Origin: Chromera velia | Lineage: Eukaryota | Assembly: GCA_018398765.1 (NCBI GenBank) | Contig: JAHBMJ010000266.1 | Span: 111,397-131,396, forward strand | DNA: 20,000 nt | Direction of reading: 5' to 3' | In this document: positions 1-11,391 of the stretch, piece by piece | How positions within the stretch are numbered: position 1 is the stretch's first letter | How the letters are laid out: every line of letters begins with the position of its first letter | Notes under the pieces: model-generated | The model's database searches: none | What the model was told of the DNA's origin: nothing | The model's input: the letters and a program-made list of their open reading frames with translations, nothing else | Made by a program: the position numbers and the translations under genes

Positions 1-3000
1 CAAGTGGGCAGACGAAGAAGTCGGGTCAGGGTGAGGATGGACAGAAGCTGCAGGCGTTGGCTGACGGGATGAAAAGATCTTCTCTGTCTTCCCTCCAGAA
101 GAAGACTTGGAAGAGACGGAAGCAGAAGAGGATTGTTTTGCTTTCTCTCTGTCAGTTTCGTGATCCTCTTTCTGCTTCTCATTTACCTTCTCTTTGAAGG
201 CAGCCGTCTTTCTTTCAGAGTGAGTGGAAGACGAAACAACTCTCTGGTGCGATGCTGTCCTGATGGGATGCAGAACTGTAGAGAGATCGGATGGCTGGCC
301 TGTTGGGGGTTGAGAAGAATGAAAATCTGTCAGAGGCGTCTGTTGGGAATGGATTTGAGTTCTGTCTTTCTCTTTCTCAGTCCGCACTAACGACTGAGAA
401 GATGAAGAAGACACAGTAGCCGTGCTTCTTTCTTTTTCCTTCTCCTTTTCTTTGTCTCTCTGCAGATGATGAGATAGACTTCTTGAGGGAGTCTGGTGAC
501 GGCTTGAAGAGGGAGGCGGTGCTTCTGAATGGGTGTGCTGCTGTTGGGTGAGGCCTTTTCCTTTGTCTTTGGCCTCTCTTGAACGTTCTCTTCCGGGCTC
601 CCTTTCCCTTTCTTCCCCCGCATTCTCTTGGTGTTTGGATGTAGATGAATGACCAGCAGAGCGTCTGGGAGTCTGCCGCCTTGAATTAGGTCCCGTCCCT
701 GTCCCTGTTCCTCCTGTCCTCCCCCCCCCATATGCGGACTCTAGGGCCGACGGCACACTCCCCCCTCCCCCCCCGGCCCCAGGCTGGTCCCTCTCCCTCT
801 CTCGTCTTGGCGTCTCGGCGCCTCGACTACCGCCCCCCTCCTTTGCTTCGTTCTTCCTCCGGACAAAACCGGATTTGCTGTCGGATCCTCCTGCCCTTCT
901 GGTTTGAGGGCGTGATTGGGAGGTTGTGCATTCCTCTAATTGCAGGAAAGGGGCGAGTTTGGTCCTCGAGGGTCCGGAAGAGGGGGGCATTGTTGGGGGG
1001 CCTTGTGTCACAGAGGCGGGAGGGTGGATGCAGGATGTGACAGAGGAAATGGAAGCGGCAGAAGGGGCGTGTGACGCAGAGAGCCCCGAAGACAGTGCAC
1101 CTGAAGACAGAGTGTCCGAGGGGGCCATGGCTGTAGTCGTTAGGTTACTTACAGCACCACTGGCTCCAATCCCCTTCCCTGGTTGCTGTAATTTCAACGC
1201 AACGGCTACCTCACTCGTGGTCCCTTTCAATAGTCCCCCGCCTCTATCTAACACCGCATTTACTGACTGGCTCTCCGCTTTCCCTTCCTCCTGTTGTCTG
1301 GGCATCTTTCCTTTTCTTCCCCCTCGTTCCCGTTCCGTCTCCCCAAGAGAATGTCTCGAAGAGTCCTGCTTCTCTTTTCGTTCTTTTGCCATTAAATTTC
1401 CTCTATTCTCACATTCTTTTGCTTTTGTTCCCAGTCCGCCAGACAAGTCGGGCGAGGTGGCAGAGGCAATCTGCGTACCAGAAGAAGCTGACGAATGTTT
1501 CGCCATGCGAGAAGAAGATGAAGAAGTCCGCGGACTTGCGTTACTTCTGGGATGGGAACTGGAGTGGGGGGTGGGAGTCATCACTGCTCCTCCAGATACT
1601 CCTGAAGACTCTCCCTGCAACCGTCCCTCTCTTTCTCCTCCGCCTTTTGAAGAAAGAAAAGGACTGGATGTTCCCTTTCCATGCTGCTGGACTTTTTCTT
1701 TCTCTTTCTCCTTTCCTTTTTCTTTCTCATCCACCCATCCCAATTTGGCCCCCGTGTTTTCTTTTTCGTTCCTCTCGGAGGACGAGGAACGTTCCCTTTG
1801 GGGATGAGAAACAGAGCCAGACGACCTCCTGGTTCTGCTCCCACTAGGAGCTCTTCCTGAAATAAATCGGGATGAGCCTAGAAGTCGGTGTGCAGTCGGG
1901 GGTCTGGATGCATCCTCTACTTTGAGGTTGTCAGAAACTACAGCACCAAAACGCCGCGTGCCACCCGGAAGACCGGCAGCAGACGCGCACCCCCCCGCAC
2001 TTCTATTAATCAAAAACGCAGACCCCACTTCCCCTCCAGGGACCCCGGCAGAGGTCCCGTCGTTTGGATGTGCCGGGGCCCTTTCTTTGTCTCTCTCAGC
2101 CCCTGCATGTTTCTGCTGCTGCGTGTTTTGTTGTTCAAGCAACATGGAGGAGACGGCACTTGGGTCCACTGCAGCATGCAAATGTTGCCTGGGCCCCTGG
2201 TCCCGTCTTGGGCTTTCTGGCTTGCTTGCCGGGGCACTGTCACCCAGAGACGAGACTGAGGAGACGGAGACGGACACTGCAGGGGCAGCAGCGGCAGCCC
2301 GTGCAGGCCGGATCACCCCGGGCGTCCCCTCATCGTCTAGATCCCTCACCTGCACCCTCCTCTGCATGAAAGCAGAGAGGTCCCCGGCAGTGGAGGCCCG
2401 ACTTTCATCTCCTGCAGGTGCGAGCCGGGGCCCTGGAAGAGACAGATTGAACATGCCCCCCATGGACACCTGTGTGTGTCTCTCTCCTCCTGCCACTGAT
2501 GAGGACACGCGCAGACCTGCTGACTGAGAGGAAGAGGCCAACCCTCCCTCAACGCCAATTCCAAAAACACAACCCCCTCCTGTCAGAGACCCAGTAGCTG
2601 AGGGGGGGGGCTGCAGCACAGTGTCGGGGCCCTTTCCAAAAACTGTGTGGCGACTCGAACCTCCACCTACCTCCCTCGACTCTGGTGTCTGCATCTCAGC
2701 TTCCTGTCCTTCATTGCTGTAAAAACCGGCTGTCTGCCCACCTCCCCTCCTACTCCCACCTCTAGGTGTGTTTCCCGTCCCTGTACTTCTCGCTCTCCCC
2801 TCTCCTGCTCTGCAGGGTCTCACATTGTGCGCACCAACAGAGGAGACTTGTTGCAGAGACGCAGGTGGACTTCCCCTGCGCGCCGCCACCCTCGACCCAT
2901 AATCCGCCCCACGCCCCCGCCCCTGGAGCCCCCCTCCGCCTTCCTGTGCAGCCTGCACAGCAGACGTAGAGGAAGGCCGAGAGACCCACACAGGACTTTC

Positions 3001-4496
3001 TGTTCCCGTGCCGGGACACGAGGGGGAGCTGGGCCCTTCGGAGTCCAAAGTCTCCCTCTGCCCCCCCTGCCTGAAGGCACGCAGAGACCGTCCAGTCCAG
3101 GAGGCCACAGACCACTGGGGGTTGTCAAGGAAAAAACTCCTGGCGTCTCCGGGGGGTATCGCACTGCACACAGATGCACTCACAGGACGGCAATCAATGC
3201 TAGCGTACAGTCAGCCCTAGCGTAATGCAAGGACTGTAGCGGCACAAAGGAAGGGATTCATTTTCAAGACCCGTTGTGGGCCTTTTGTTTGCAGAAAGTC
3301 TCTTCACAAAGTCTTTCTCTTCACCTGTGACGACAACAGCATCTCCTGCATGTTATGGGATGGAAGTAAATTGCTTTTGCAAATACAAAGCCCGAAGCCA
3401 CAAGATGGCAGAATGAAAAAGAAAAAAAAACAATCAGCGCGACCACCTATGATGCATTGCTGTCTTTACGTTCTTCCAGCTTCGTGTCTTGTTTTGCATT
3501 CGTCGAGAATTCTCACTGGCGCGTCCACGCCCATCCCTTTTCTTCCGTCGATGACTTCTGTTTCAGCCCAAAGCAAAACAAAGGTACAAATGGGAAGGAT
3601 TTACACCCAAAGAACGCTGGCACGCACTCACCTTTCTTCAACCGCAGCCGAGCGCGTGTCTCTCCCATGGAAGGCCGCAGCCACAGGCGACTCTGCCCTG
3701 AGGCCGTTGGGTGGATACTCGAATTCCATCGGCAGGACGGGAATTACCTCCGTCGACTTCTGGTGGGGACTGCACGTAGGCAGGCAGGTGGAATGTACAG
3801 GGAGATATGGATATACATATTTGTGGCCGCGGTCGCTCATAACGCACACGCACACGCATCATGCAGTCATGTGCCTAGATGAAACAATTTCTCGAAGTAC
3901 TGCAGGCGAGTCAGACAGGTAATGAGTGTCTGTGAGTCGTTGAATAAAGCAGGCGTCTGTGTAAATATATTTGTGTATATGTACGTATATATATAAGATG
4001 GGAGCAATCTCACAAATTGCACACTCAATTTTTTAGAAGGAAAAGTAGAAAAGGTGCAGAATGCCAGTGAACGAAAAAAAACTCATTGAACGAAGCGAGA
4101 CAACAGACAGAAGAAGTGTAAGTACACAAACCCAAACCTGAATACATCCATGTATATACATGTATATATTCATATGTATACCAACCCTTGTTTCAGTCCA
4201 GTGAGAGGCGACCCGATACCCCCAGTCAGGGACATGGGCGCCGTCCCTCCCCTCATAAGATCCAGTCTGCAACAAATGTATAGGCACAAAGTTGCATGGA
4301 GACACAACTGATTGATTGCATGAGCAACACTATGTTTGCTTATATACACGAATCTGGAGGTCTCGCTGACCTGTGAGGAAAACCGTCCATCGTCGTGCAC
4401 AAAAAATGAAAACGCTTCTGCTAAAGATTTATGTCTGCCCCAAAAGATGACTGGGTCAGGATGCTCGATATTCAGAACGCACGTGATCGGGCGGGC
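1..4496 (-). CDS. Large multi-exon hypothetical protein, mostly Ser/Gly/Arg/Glu/Lys-rich low complexity; 3' end runs off the window, 5' end unresolved
   Basis: One minus frame is stop-free from 3210 to 1 (checked codon by codon). It is missing from the ORF track because no stop falls in the window. It encodes tracts such as EKEKGKEKEKEK and SSSS. Phase-consistent exons: ~4496-4371, 4266-4182, 3899-3875 (GC donor), 3769-3632, 3557-3447, 3345-3325, 3163-<1. The upstream exons are less certain than the long exon. Confidence 0.75.
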
Positions 4497-5210
4497 TGAC
4501 GAAGAACTTCAATACGACAAACGGCAAAACAGTCGAAAAAACCAGATTTGATGTCCGGTCGTGCGCTCTCTTGTGTGTTCAAACTTGGGTGCCATCTTTC
4601 CTAACGGCGTCGCTGGAAAGGTTGAGGCTAACCGCTAAGCAATTAAGGAACGAGATTCTCCGGCCCTCATAGCCTCGGAATGAGCTATATATATATATAT
4701 GATCGTTTCGAATCATTCGATCTGCATGGAGCATGCGCCATGCGTATTTCAATTTTTTCATTGGGCACCACGTGACACACCATACTGTTACTGGAGTGGG
4801 TTAGTGACTCGAAGAAGTTGTAGGTATGCCGATATCTTATAGTATTCTGACGTACGTATACGTACTATAGCTATTCCTCTATGTGCAGACGTGGATGCGT
4901 TTTCCTGGGGCCTCTTAAAAAAGTCGGAGCTGCCCTCTGAGAGACACTGCATGATTGCAGGTTCGCGCGCATTGCGCCCGGTGGGGGGAGGATCGAGCAT
5001 GCAGTTTTTGGCGCGGCCCGAATTAAGCCCCAGCCGCTCCTTCAAATCTGAATGTCAGGTCGAAGCACTCCTTGTGGATCAGACACCCCCCGCTCTTCAG
5101 GAAATGCAGGTCTCTTTTCGTTTTCAATGTGTGTAGGTATCCAGGGCAGTGAGTGACCGGCACTGGGTACGTCAGTTTGAGTCCGAAAGCGTTTCTTCAA
5201 AGGTCAAAGA

Positions 5211-7964
5211 ATGGAGGCTGTAATTTCTGAAGGTCAGGCGTTTTTTACCAAGACTACATCTGTCAGCTCATCCCTTGAAAACATTCCGTCTTGGGGCGGT
5301 AAAAGATTTCCCTCTATGTGTGTGTCCTCGTTTGGCAATGCAGAGAGGGGCTCCCAGTTGGGGTGCGTGCACGTGGACAGTGAGGGCAAGAAGGTCATTT
5401 TGGGGGCCCTAGATGGCGCCGCCACGGTGGACCTCCAGTCTCGAGAGAGTGTCCAGCTCCTCGGGGCAGAACAAGGTCAGGCAAGGGGCTGTTCATGGGC
5501 TTTGCTTGAAAAGACAGAAAGGAGGGAAGCCAGAAGGAAAGTTTGGAGGGCAACAGGGGACTGTAGAAGAGCCTTTGCATAGGTGTTGGTATACTGGACC
5601 AAGAAACACTTACCTGTTGTTTGCTCGTTGCCTGCACCCTTCTGTTTCCTTCTGTACGCAGCGGGTGCCACCCTGTGCGTTCTCTTCACTCGGGATGGGA
5701 CTACAGCGGTTGTCTCCAGTCAGGTCCGCTCTTCGTTGTTTATGGTCCGGTGGCAAGTGAAGGACAGCTGTATACATGTATACCATGTGTGTGTGTATAT
5801 ATGCCTTCCTGCAGAATTAAGTTTTTTCGTGTGCCTTTTTTTCCTGATGCGATTCGGAGATGAGTCCTGTAATTGCACGTCTGGTTTTTTGCATACCGGG
5901 GCTAGGACCGAAAGAGCATTCAAATTTTGTCCTAAGTGATATGTATGTGGGTCGGTAGGGCTCTCACTTTCATCCAACCAAAGCTGGTGGATGTAGCCTC
6001 ATATGCGGCGGCCACACAGCAGGATATGAGGCCGCACACGGACGAATTTTAATCCATGTCTTCGTTCTTGTGTGCGCGTCTGCGTGTCTCTTTCGTGTCT
6101 CTGTGCCTCTCCGTGCAGGACAGGAGACTGCGGACATTCGAACTTCCCTCCGGAAAAATGACCTCAGAGGCCGTCTTGGACTCTCATGCGATCTCGTTGA
6201 CGGAATCCGCAGATGAGAGCGTCCTTGTGGCTGGGGGTGCGTGCAAATGAATTGATAATTTCTGCTTCGTTGATTCTTTGTTCCTCTCTTCCTTCCCTCC
6301 TTCTTTTCTTTCTTCCTTTCTTGCTTTCTCTCTTTCTTGCTTTGTTGCTTTCTCTCTTTCTTGCTTTGTTGCTTTCTTCCTTTCTTCCTTTCTTTCCTTG
6401 AATCCTTCCTTTCTTCCTTCCTTCTTACTTGCTTGCTTTATCCCTTTCTGCTCGCTTGCGTTTCTGTCGGCCGATCATGTTTTCCGTCTGGCTTGGAGTC
6501 TGCTCGGACAGTTCACTCTCCCTTTGCCGCTTCCACGCACTACTCTTTTTCTTGTGTGGCCCACAACAGACAGGATTGCTCGTGGGTCCCTCTACGTCTG
6601 CAGGAATGCGCGGTCGCGTGACTGCGTGGAGACGGCGAGACGGCAGTCTCTTCTGTCCCCCGGTCCAAGTTCACACCGGGCCCGTGATGGACGTTGCTGT
6701 CCTCAGCACGCCCATGCCGGCACCTGCCGAAGTCGAGGCTGAGGAACCAGACAAACTTCCTCTAGTCCGGAAATTGGTGGCATGTGTGTCGGAAGGGGGC
6801 GGTCTGAAGGTGATGGATTTGGAAGCGGTTGTGCGAGAGAAGGGAAGGGGGGTGCCTGGGCAGAGAGATCCGGTCCCGATAGAGGATGCTCCCGTATTTC
6901 TGCCCCTGTTTGACAGAGAGCCTGTGATCCGTCTTGGAGTCTCGTCTTCCTTTTTGGCGGTGGCCTTGAAAACAGACACGATCCGAATCGTGAGGGTGTC
7001 TGATATCATTGCAGAAGGAGACTGGCTTGAGAAGGAACGACAGAGAAAGGGATACAAGACAGGGCCTCCAGGAAGGAAGGAGGAGCCCCGTCCCCCTCTT
7101 CCTTGTTGTGTCATCACCATGGACACTGCGCCTAGGTCTCTGGCGCTCCGAGGGGTCAGTTTCTGTTTATTTTTTTGTGGGTCTGGATTCACCGTTTGTT
7201 TGCTCTTCTTCTCTTCTCTTCCTCTGCACCAACCAACCATCTCTTTGCCTCTTTTAGCTCATTACGAATCTTTTGTTGCACTCTACTTCATTTTCTTCGG
7301 TGAAAGATGATGTACACAAATGCAAAGAAACGATGCAATGACTGCATGTGCAGACGGAAAACCAATAGACTTACATATGAATGTATTCACGCATGCTGGC
7401 GTGTCTGCAGTCCCTCCTCGCAGTGGGCGCAGGAACTGGTGGAATTCAGGTCTACCGGCTCTCTGGAGGGCAGTCAGGGGGGGCGGTGTCTGGATCCGAA
7501 GAGGGCGCGAAGGCTTCCGGTGAGGAGGAGGAAAAAGAAAAGGAGAAGGAGAATGCTAGGGATGCATGGTTTGGAGAGAAGCAGGACAATGATGAGGAGG
7601 AACAGGGAGAGGGTGCAAATGAGGAAAAGAAAGATGAGGGAGAACAAAGGGAAGCAACAGAGATGAAGAAGGAGATCGGAATTGATCTCATCGCACAGAC
7701 AGACGAAGAAAGCGGGCACACACAGGACGTGACAGGACTTGCGTTCTCTCTCATTCCCTCTAACTCGTGGTCCATGAAGTTGGAAGGACAGGAAAGACAG
7801 GTGGTCAGCCTGGTGTCTGCTTCTTTGGACAAGAAGGTGAAGGTTTTTGAGGTTCTTGTGCCGCCTGAAGAGGAGGAGAGAAACGCAGGGGGAGGGAGGG
7901 GAGATGACAGAAACCCCCCTCGATCATTTGCCCTCTGGGAGGGAACACTCAGATACCGAGCGGG
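5211..7964 (+). CDS. WD40-repeat (beta-propeller) protein, possibly WDR18/Ipi3-like
   Basis: Exons 5211-5232, 5344-5475, 5662-5723, 6119-6236, 6604-7154 and 7411-7964 all have GT-AG boundaries with matching phases (1,1,0,1,0). WD-like blades: VVSSQDRRLRTFEL, VLVAGGMRGRVTAW, VHTGPVMDVAV...VACVSEGGGLKVMDL, LLAVGAGTGGIQVYRL, GHTQDVTGLAFS...LVSASLDKKVKVFE. The gene either stops at 8034 or splices on at 7965. Confidence 0.8.
6285..6440. repeat. Pyrimidine-rich intronic low-complexity tract with a 24-nt tandem duplication
   Basis: TTGCTTTCTCTCTTTCTTGCTTTG at 6321-6344 and 6345-6368, plus a partial third copy, within CTTT/CTTC repeats. Confidence 0.9.
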
Positions 7965-8132
7965 GTCAGTTCATTTAACTCAAACACTCACCTCATTTCA
8001 CGAAAATCATCAGGAACGACATTCTTTTTCGTGAAGTTCACACAGTACCCCCCATTTTTTTGATGATCGAATTGTTGCCTGAAGAGGAAGGTGACATACA
8101 TAGACTTCCCCGGGTTGCCCCTATAGTCGCTG

Positions 8133-8236
8133 TGTTGATCAGAGGAGGTCCACTCGTTTGAGGTTTTCTTTTTTTCCGTAAAAAGAGTTCTGTATGAAAG
8201 TAAATGCATGTTCTGTTGTTCAGAGGAGGTCCACTC
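8133..8236. repeat. 23-nt direct repeat, two copies with starts 81 nt apart
   Basis: TGTTGATCAGAGGAGGTCCACTC (8133-8155) and TGTTGTTCAGAGGAGGTCCACTC (8214-8236); one mismatch. Confidence 0.85.
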
Positions 8237-8543
8237 ATTAGGAATTTTCGTACGTGGGAAGACAGCGATCCAAAGTGACTTCCTGAAATAAAACGAAAAC
8301 GAAACTACTTTGAGTGCCGATAAATCCATCGTGAAATGTTTGAGAGAGACTCTGGTGTCTCGGTGCTTCTTCTGCCTCCTCTCTTCCCCCCTGGCTTGTC
8401 AACGCAGCAATCGTTTGCCTGCTTCCAAACATTGTCATCAGACTGACTGAGAGTGTCAAGGGTAAACACACAGATAGATAAACAAGCAAGGGAACGAACA
8501 CACACATTTCTTTTGTTTTTTGGCTCTTCTTATCTGCCTGCAG

Positions 8544-11391
8544 TGTCGATGGCTCTGGGGCGTCAGCGGCAGGGTGAGTGAGTAAGGGCGAGGATTTCTT
8601 TCTTTCTTTCTCTGTGTCTATCTTTCCTTGGCTGGGATCCCGGGGAAGAATTCAGGACACAAAGAGGAATTCGAGACTTCTCTTGGAAGAATTAATGTGC
8701 CTCTCCCTCTATAGAGGCACAGTTGTCGTCCCTCTTCTTGTTTAATTATAACCCTGTGACCAACGAGCTCAGTTTATTGTCTTGTCTTTGTTTTCTGTGT
8801 TTCAACGCTACCCCTGTTTAATCTGTGTCTGGCTTCCCCTCTCATCAAGGACGATCGATCATCAGTGGGGTGAGAAACGGTCACAGACGAGATTCCGTAT
8901 TCCCGTCAGCATGTCTTTTTCTCTTCCTCTCTCTTCCCCCCCCCTTTCTCTCAGCGTATGCATGTGTGTGTCCGTGTGTGTGTATGGACGTCTGAACAAT
9001 TGATTATGTCTGCAGAGACCGGCGCCCGATGTCGCAGGGTGCGCGTCCAGGCCCCAACCCGTTCATGGTCTCAGGCGCCCGCCCTGCCACTGCGATGCCC
9101 AGCACACAGCCGAAATGGAACGATCGATTCTTTCTCACATTCAGCAGGTTAGAAAGAAGATAGGGGCATGGCGGGTGCTTGTGTTGGTGTACGTTTGCAT
9201 GTGCAGGTTTGGGTGTGTGCGGGGAGGGGGGGGATACTCCGTAAAAGGCAAGCGTGTGGCCGGGGCCATACCAGCGGTGGGATGCATACTGACTTGCATG
9301 CACTTGTGCTCCGTCCATGGATGCATTTCCCATTACCAACCTTGCCCGTTATGCAATACTCGTATGAATATGCATGCAGATACAACCACCTGTACCACCC
9401 CCTTCTGAGAGAATATTTCGATCACGATCGACCGGATGCCTCCAGTGCCACCCCGACAAACCCCGCAGCTGCAAATATGGCACGGGCCCAGTCGACCTCC
9501 TCGCTCAGACAGGCACACAAACAGCAGCGCCCCGCCTCCGCACTCCCCGCTCTTCCCTCCGGCTCCCTCCGCCCCCCCACCAACACCACCTGGCCTGTCC
9601 AACCGAAGGGAGCGCGGACGATGGACACGACGGTCGACTCCTCACTGACCGTCTGCTCGGTGGAGTATCTGATGGGATTCGACCCTGCACAGAAGAGGGC
9701 CGAGAATCGACAGTCAGTCACTTACTCAGTTGGTGTGTGGACTGTGCATTGAATGAGAAAATGCACCGGGGCAGACTGTCTGGAGGGAAACCCCATTTTC
9801 TTTTCACTTGCCTCCTTTTGATTATTTTTTTTTTTTCTTTTCGATTTACGTCTGGAGGAACCAACTCTAATGAGAGAGAGCTACTCAGCGAGCTCCATAG
9901 AATCTCTTCTGCTCGATTTCAGTTGTTTGTGCTGGAGAACTCATCCTTTGAGCTCTCCTGAGCAGACGACGCACTAGTGCGTTTGAATAATTATTTTGTT
10001 CCATTCATGTCGAGAGAGCGATCTCTCTGTGCAGGAAGGTTGCTGGACTCTTGTCCGAGGAGAGCCTCCTCGCCCACCTAACCAAAGACCACATCCGACA
10101 CAGCAAAGGAGGAACAATGAAGGTGTGTCAGCTGCCTCTATCTTGATTGTTGTTTCTGAAAAAGATTCGGTGAAACGAAGAAAAGAAACAAGCAAGTAAC
10201 GAGAGGATTGACTCAGTCCAAGAAAAGAAATGAATGCAGTGAGAAGAACGTCACTTGACAAAAACGCGAATCCCGCGGAACGTCTGTCAGATGTCAACGC
10301 GACCGAGGAATAAACAGTCTCAGAGAAATGCTGCATGGAGGGAGTGAGAGACCAAATTGCCTTCTGTTCGGAGTCTTGGGGAGAGGAAAGGTTAATTTCA
10401 GCTAGGGTCAATTGCTTTCAGGAACAATGAGGATCAAGTGATGCTGCTTCTTTGAAGCTCTTTCTGTGCAATTTCGTTGTTGTCTGCTCTGTTTTCTGTT
10501 TTTGATTAATTTCTTTTATTTTTGTCTTGCTCTTCCTTCCCTCCTTTCTTTTTTTCTTTCTTTGTTTCTTTGTTTGTGCCTTCCTTCCATCCATCATGCA
10601 GGACCCATCGGGACAGCCCTCTGACTGGGATGATCGGTTCCAGTTGGTCTGTCTCTTCATTTGTTTGTTTTGTTGTTTTTCTTTTGTTTCGGAAGGAAGC
10701 TCCTTTATTCTTTCCTTCGGAACGATGCGATTTGTCACTGCCTGACTGAGAAACGGGAAAGCGGCGAGGAGCTTCTAGTGTTTCCTTTACTTCTCTCTTC
10801 TCTTCTCTTCTCTTCTCTTCTCTTCTCCGGTCTTGTTTCTGAAGGAAGTGTGAATGTTCGTAGTCCCCCCTTATTTTTTTCTTCCTCTCAGTCACCGCTC
10901 CAGGGTAGCTCAAAAAGGAGTTCTGCTGTGCATTGTCAGAACGAACGGAGAAGCTGGAAACGTGTCCCAAATTGAGGCAATTATTTGAAAATTTTGATTG
11001 AAAAAAAAAGGGAAATCTTCACCTCACCTGTCTTTCTGTTTGTCTTTCTTTCCATGTGCGGCTGCGTGCCTACCTGTTTTTTGAGTGCCTTCCTTCAATT
11101 GGAACTAGGTGGCTTTTGTGCCTGTCGAACTGCCTGCAAGTCTACCTGACTACGTGCCTGAGGCGAATGCGATTAACTCGTGGATGAATGGAGGGTTGCC
11201 TGCTTTCTTTCCTTCCTTCTGCATGTTTGTTTGTCTGCCTTCTGCGTGTTTGTAAAAATATGTGTGTGCAGCTGGCCTCGAGGGAGAACCGCCTGACCCA
11301 CCCGATGGTGAGAGAATATTTTGACGCCTCGACACCTCTGGCGGGGCGGTTTGCCCACTGGGGAAAGACACCCCATCTCCGGAGAGCATAG
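8544..11391 (+). CDS. Protein, or C-terminal part of the WD40 gene, with two copies of a 25-aa W[ND]DRF...HP..REYFD motif in a disordered background
   Basis: Exons 8544-8573, 9016-9147, 9380-9712, 10035-10122, 10602-10646 and 11272-11391 (TAG) have GT-AG boundaries and matching phases (2,2,2,0,0). Splicing rebuilds two ungapped motif copies identical at 16/25 positions, which independently supports the model. An alternative start is ATG 9029. Confidence 0.7.
10796..10825. repeat. (TCTTC)6 intronic microsatellite
   Basis: Directly visible. Confidence 0.9.

Noticed and set aside
133..3225. Plus-strand ORFs (926-1807, 1922-2527, 2647-3225 and others)
   Set aside because: Antisense shadows of the stop-free minus-strand exon; FSFSF tracts mirror EKEKE.
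6213..6621. Hydrophobic, membrane-protein-like ORFs (also 10522-10975)
   Set aside because: They derive from pyrimidine-rich intron tracts between phase-matched exons.
8133..8236. CRISPR-like repeat-spacer-repeat
   Set aside because: Only two copies, a 58-nt spacer, eukaryotic context and no cas genes.
9850..9980. Extra exon between 9712 and 10035
   Set aside because: The acceptor/phase combinations I tested meet stop codons, and the direct 9712-10035 splice keeps frame through the second motif copy.
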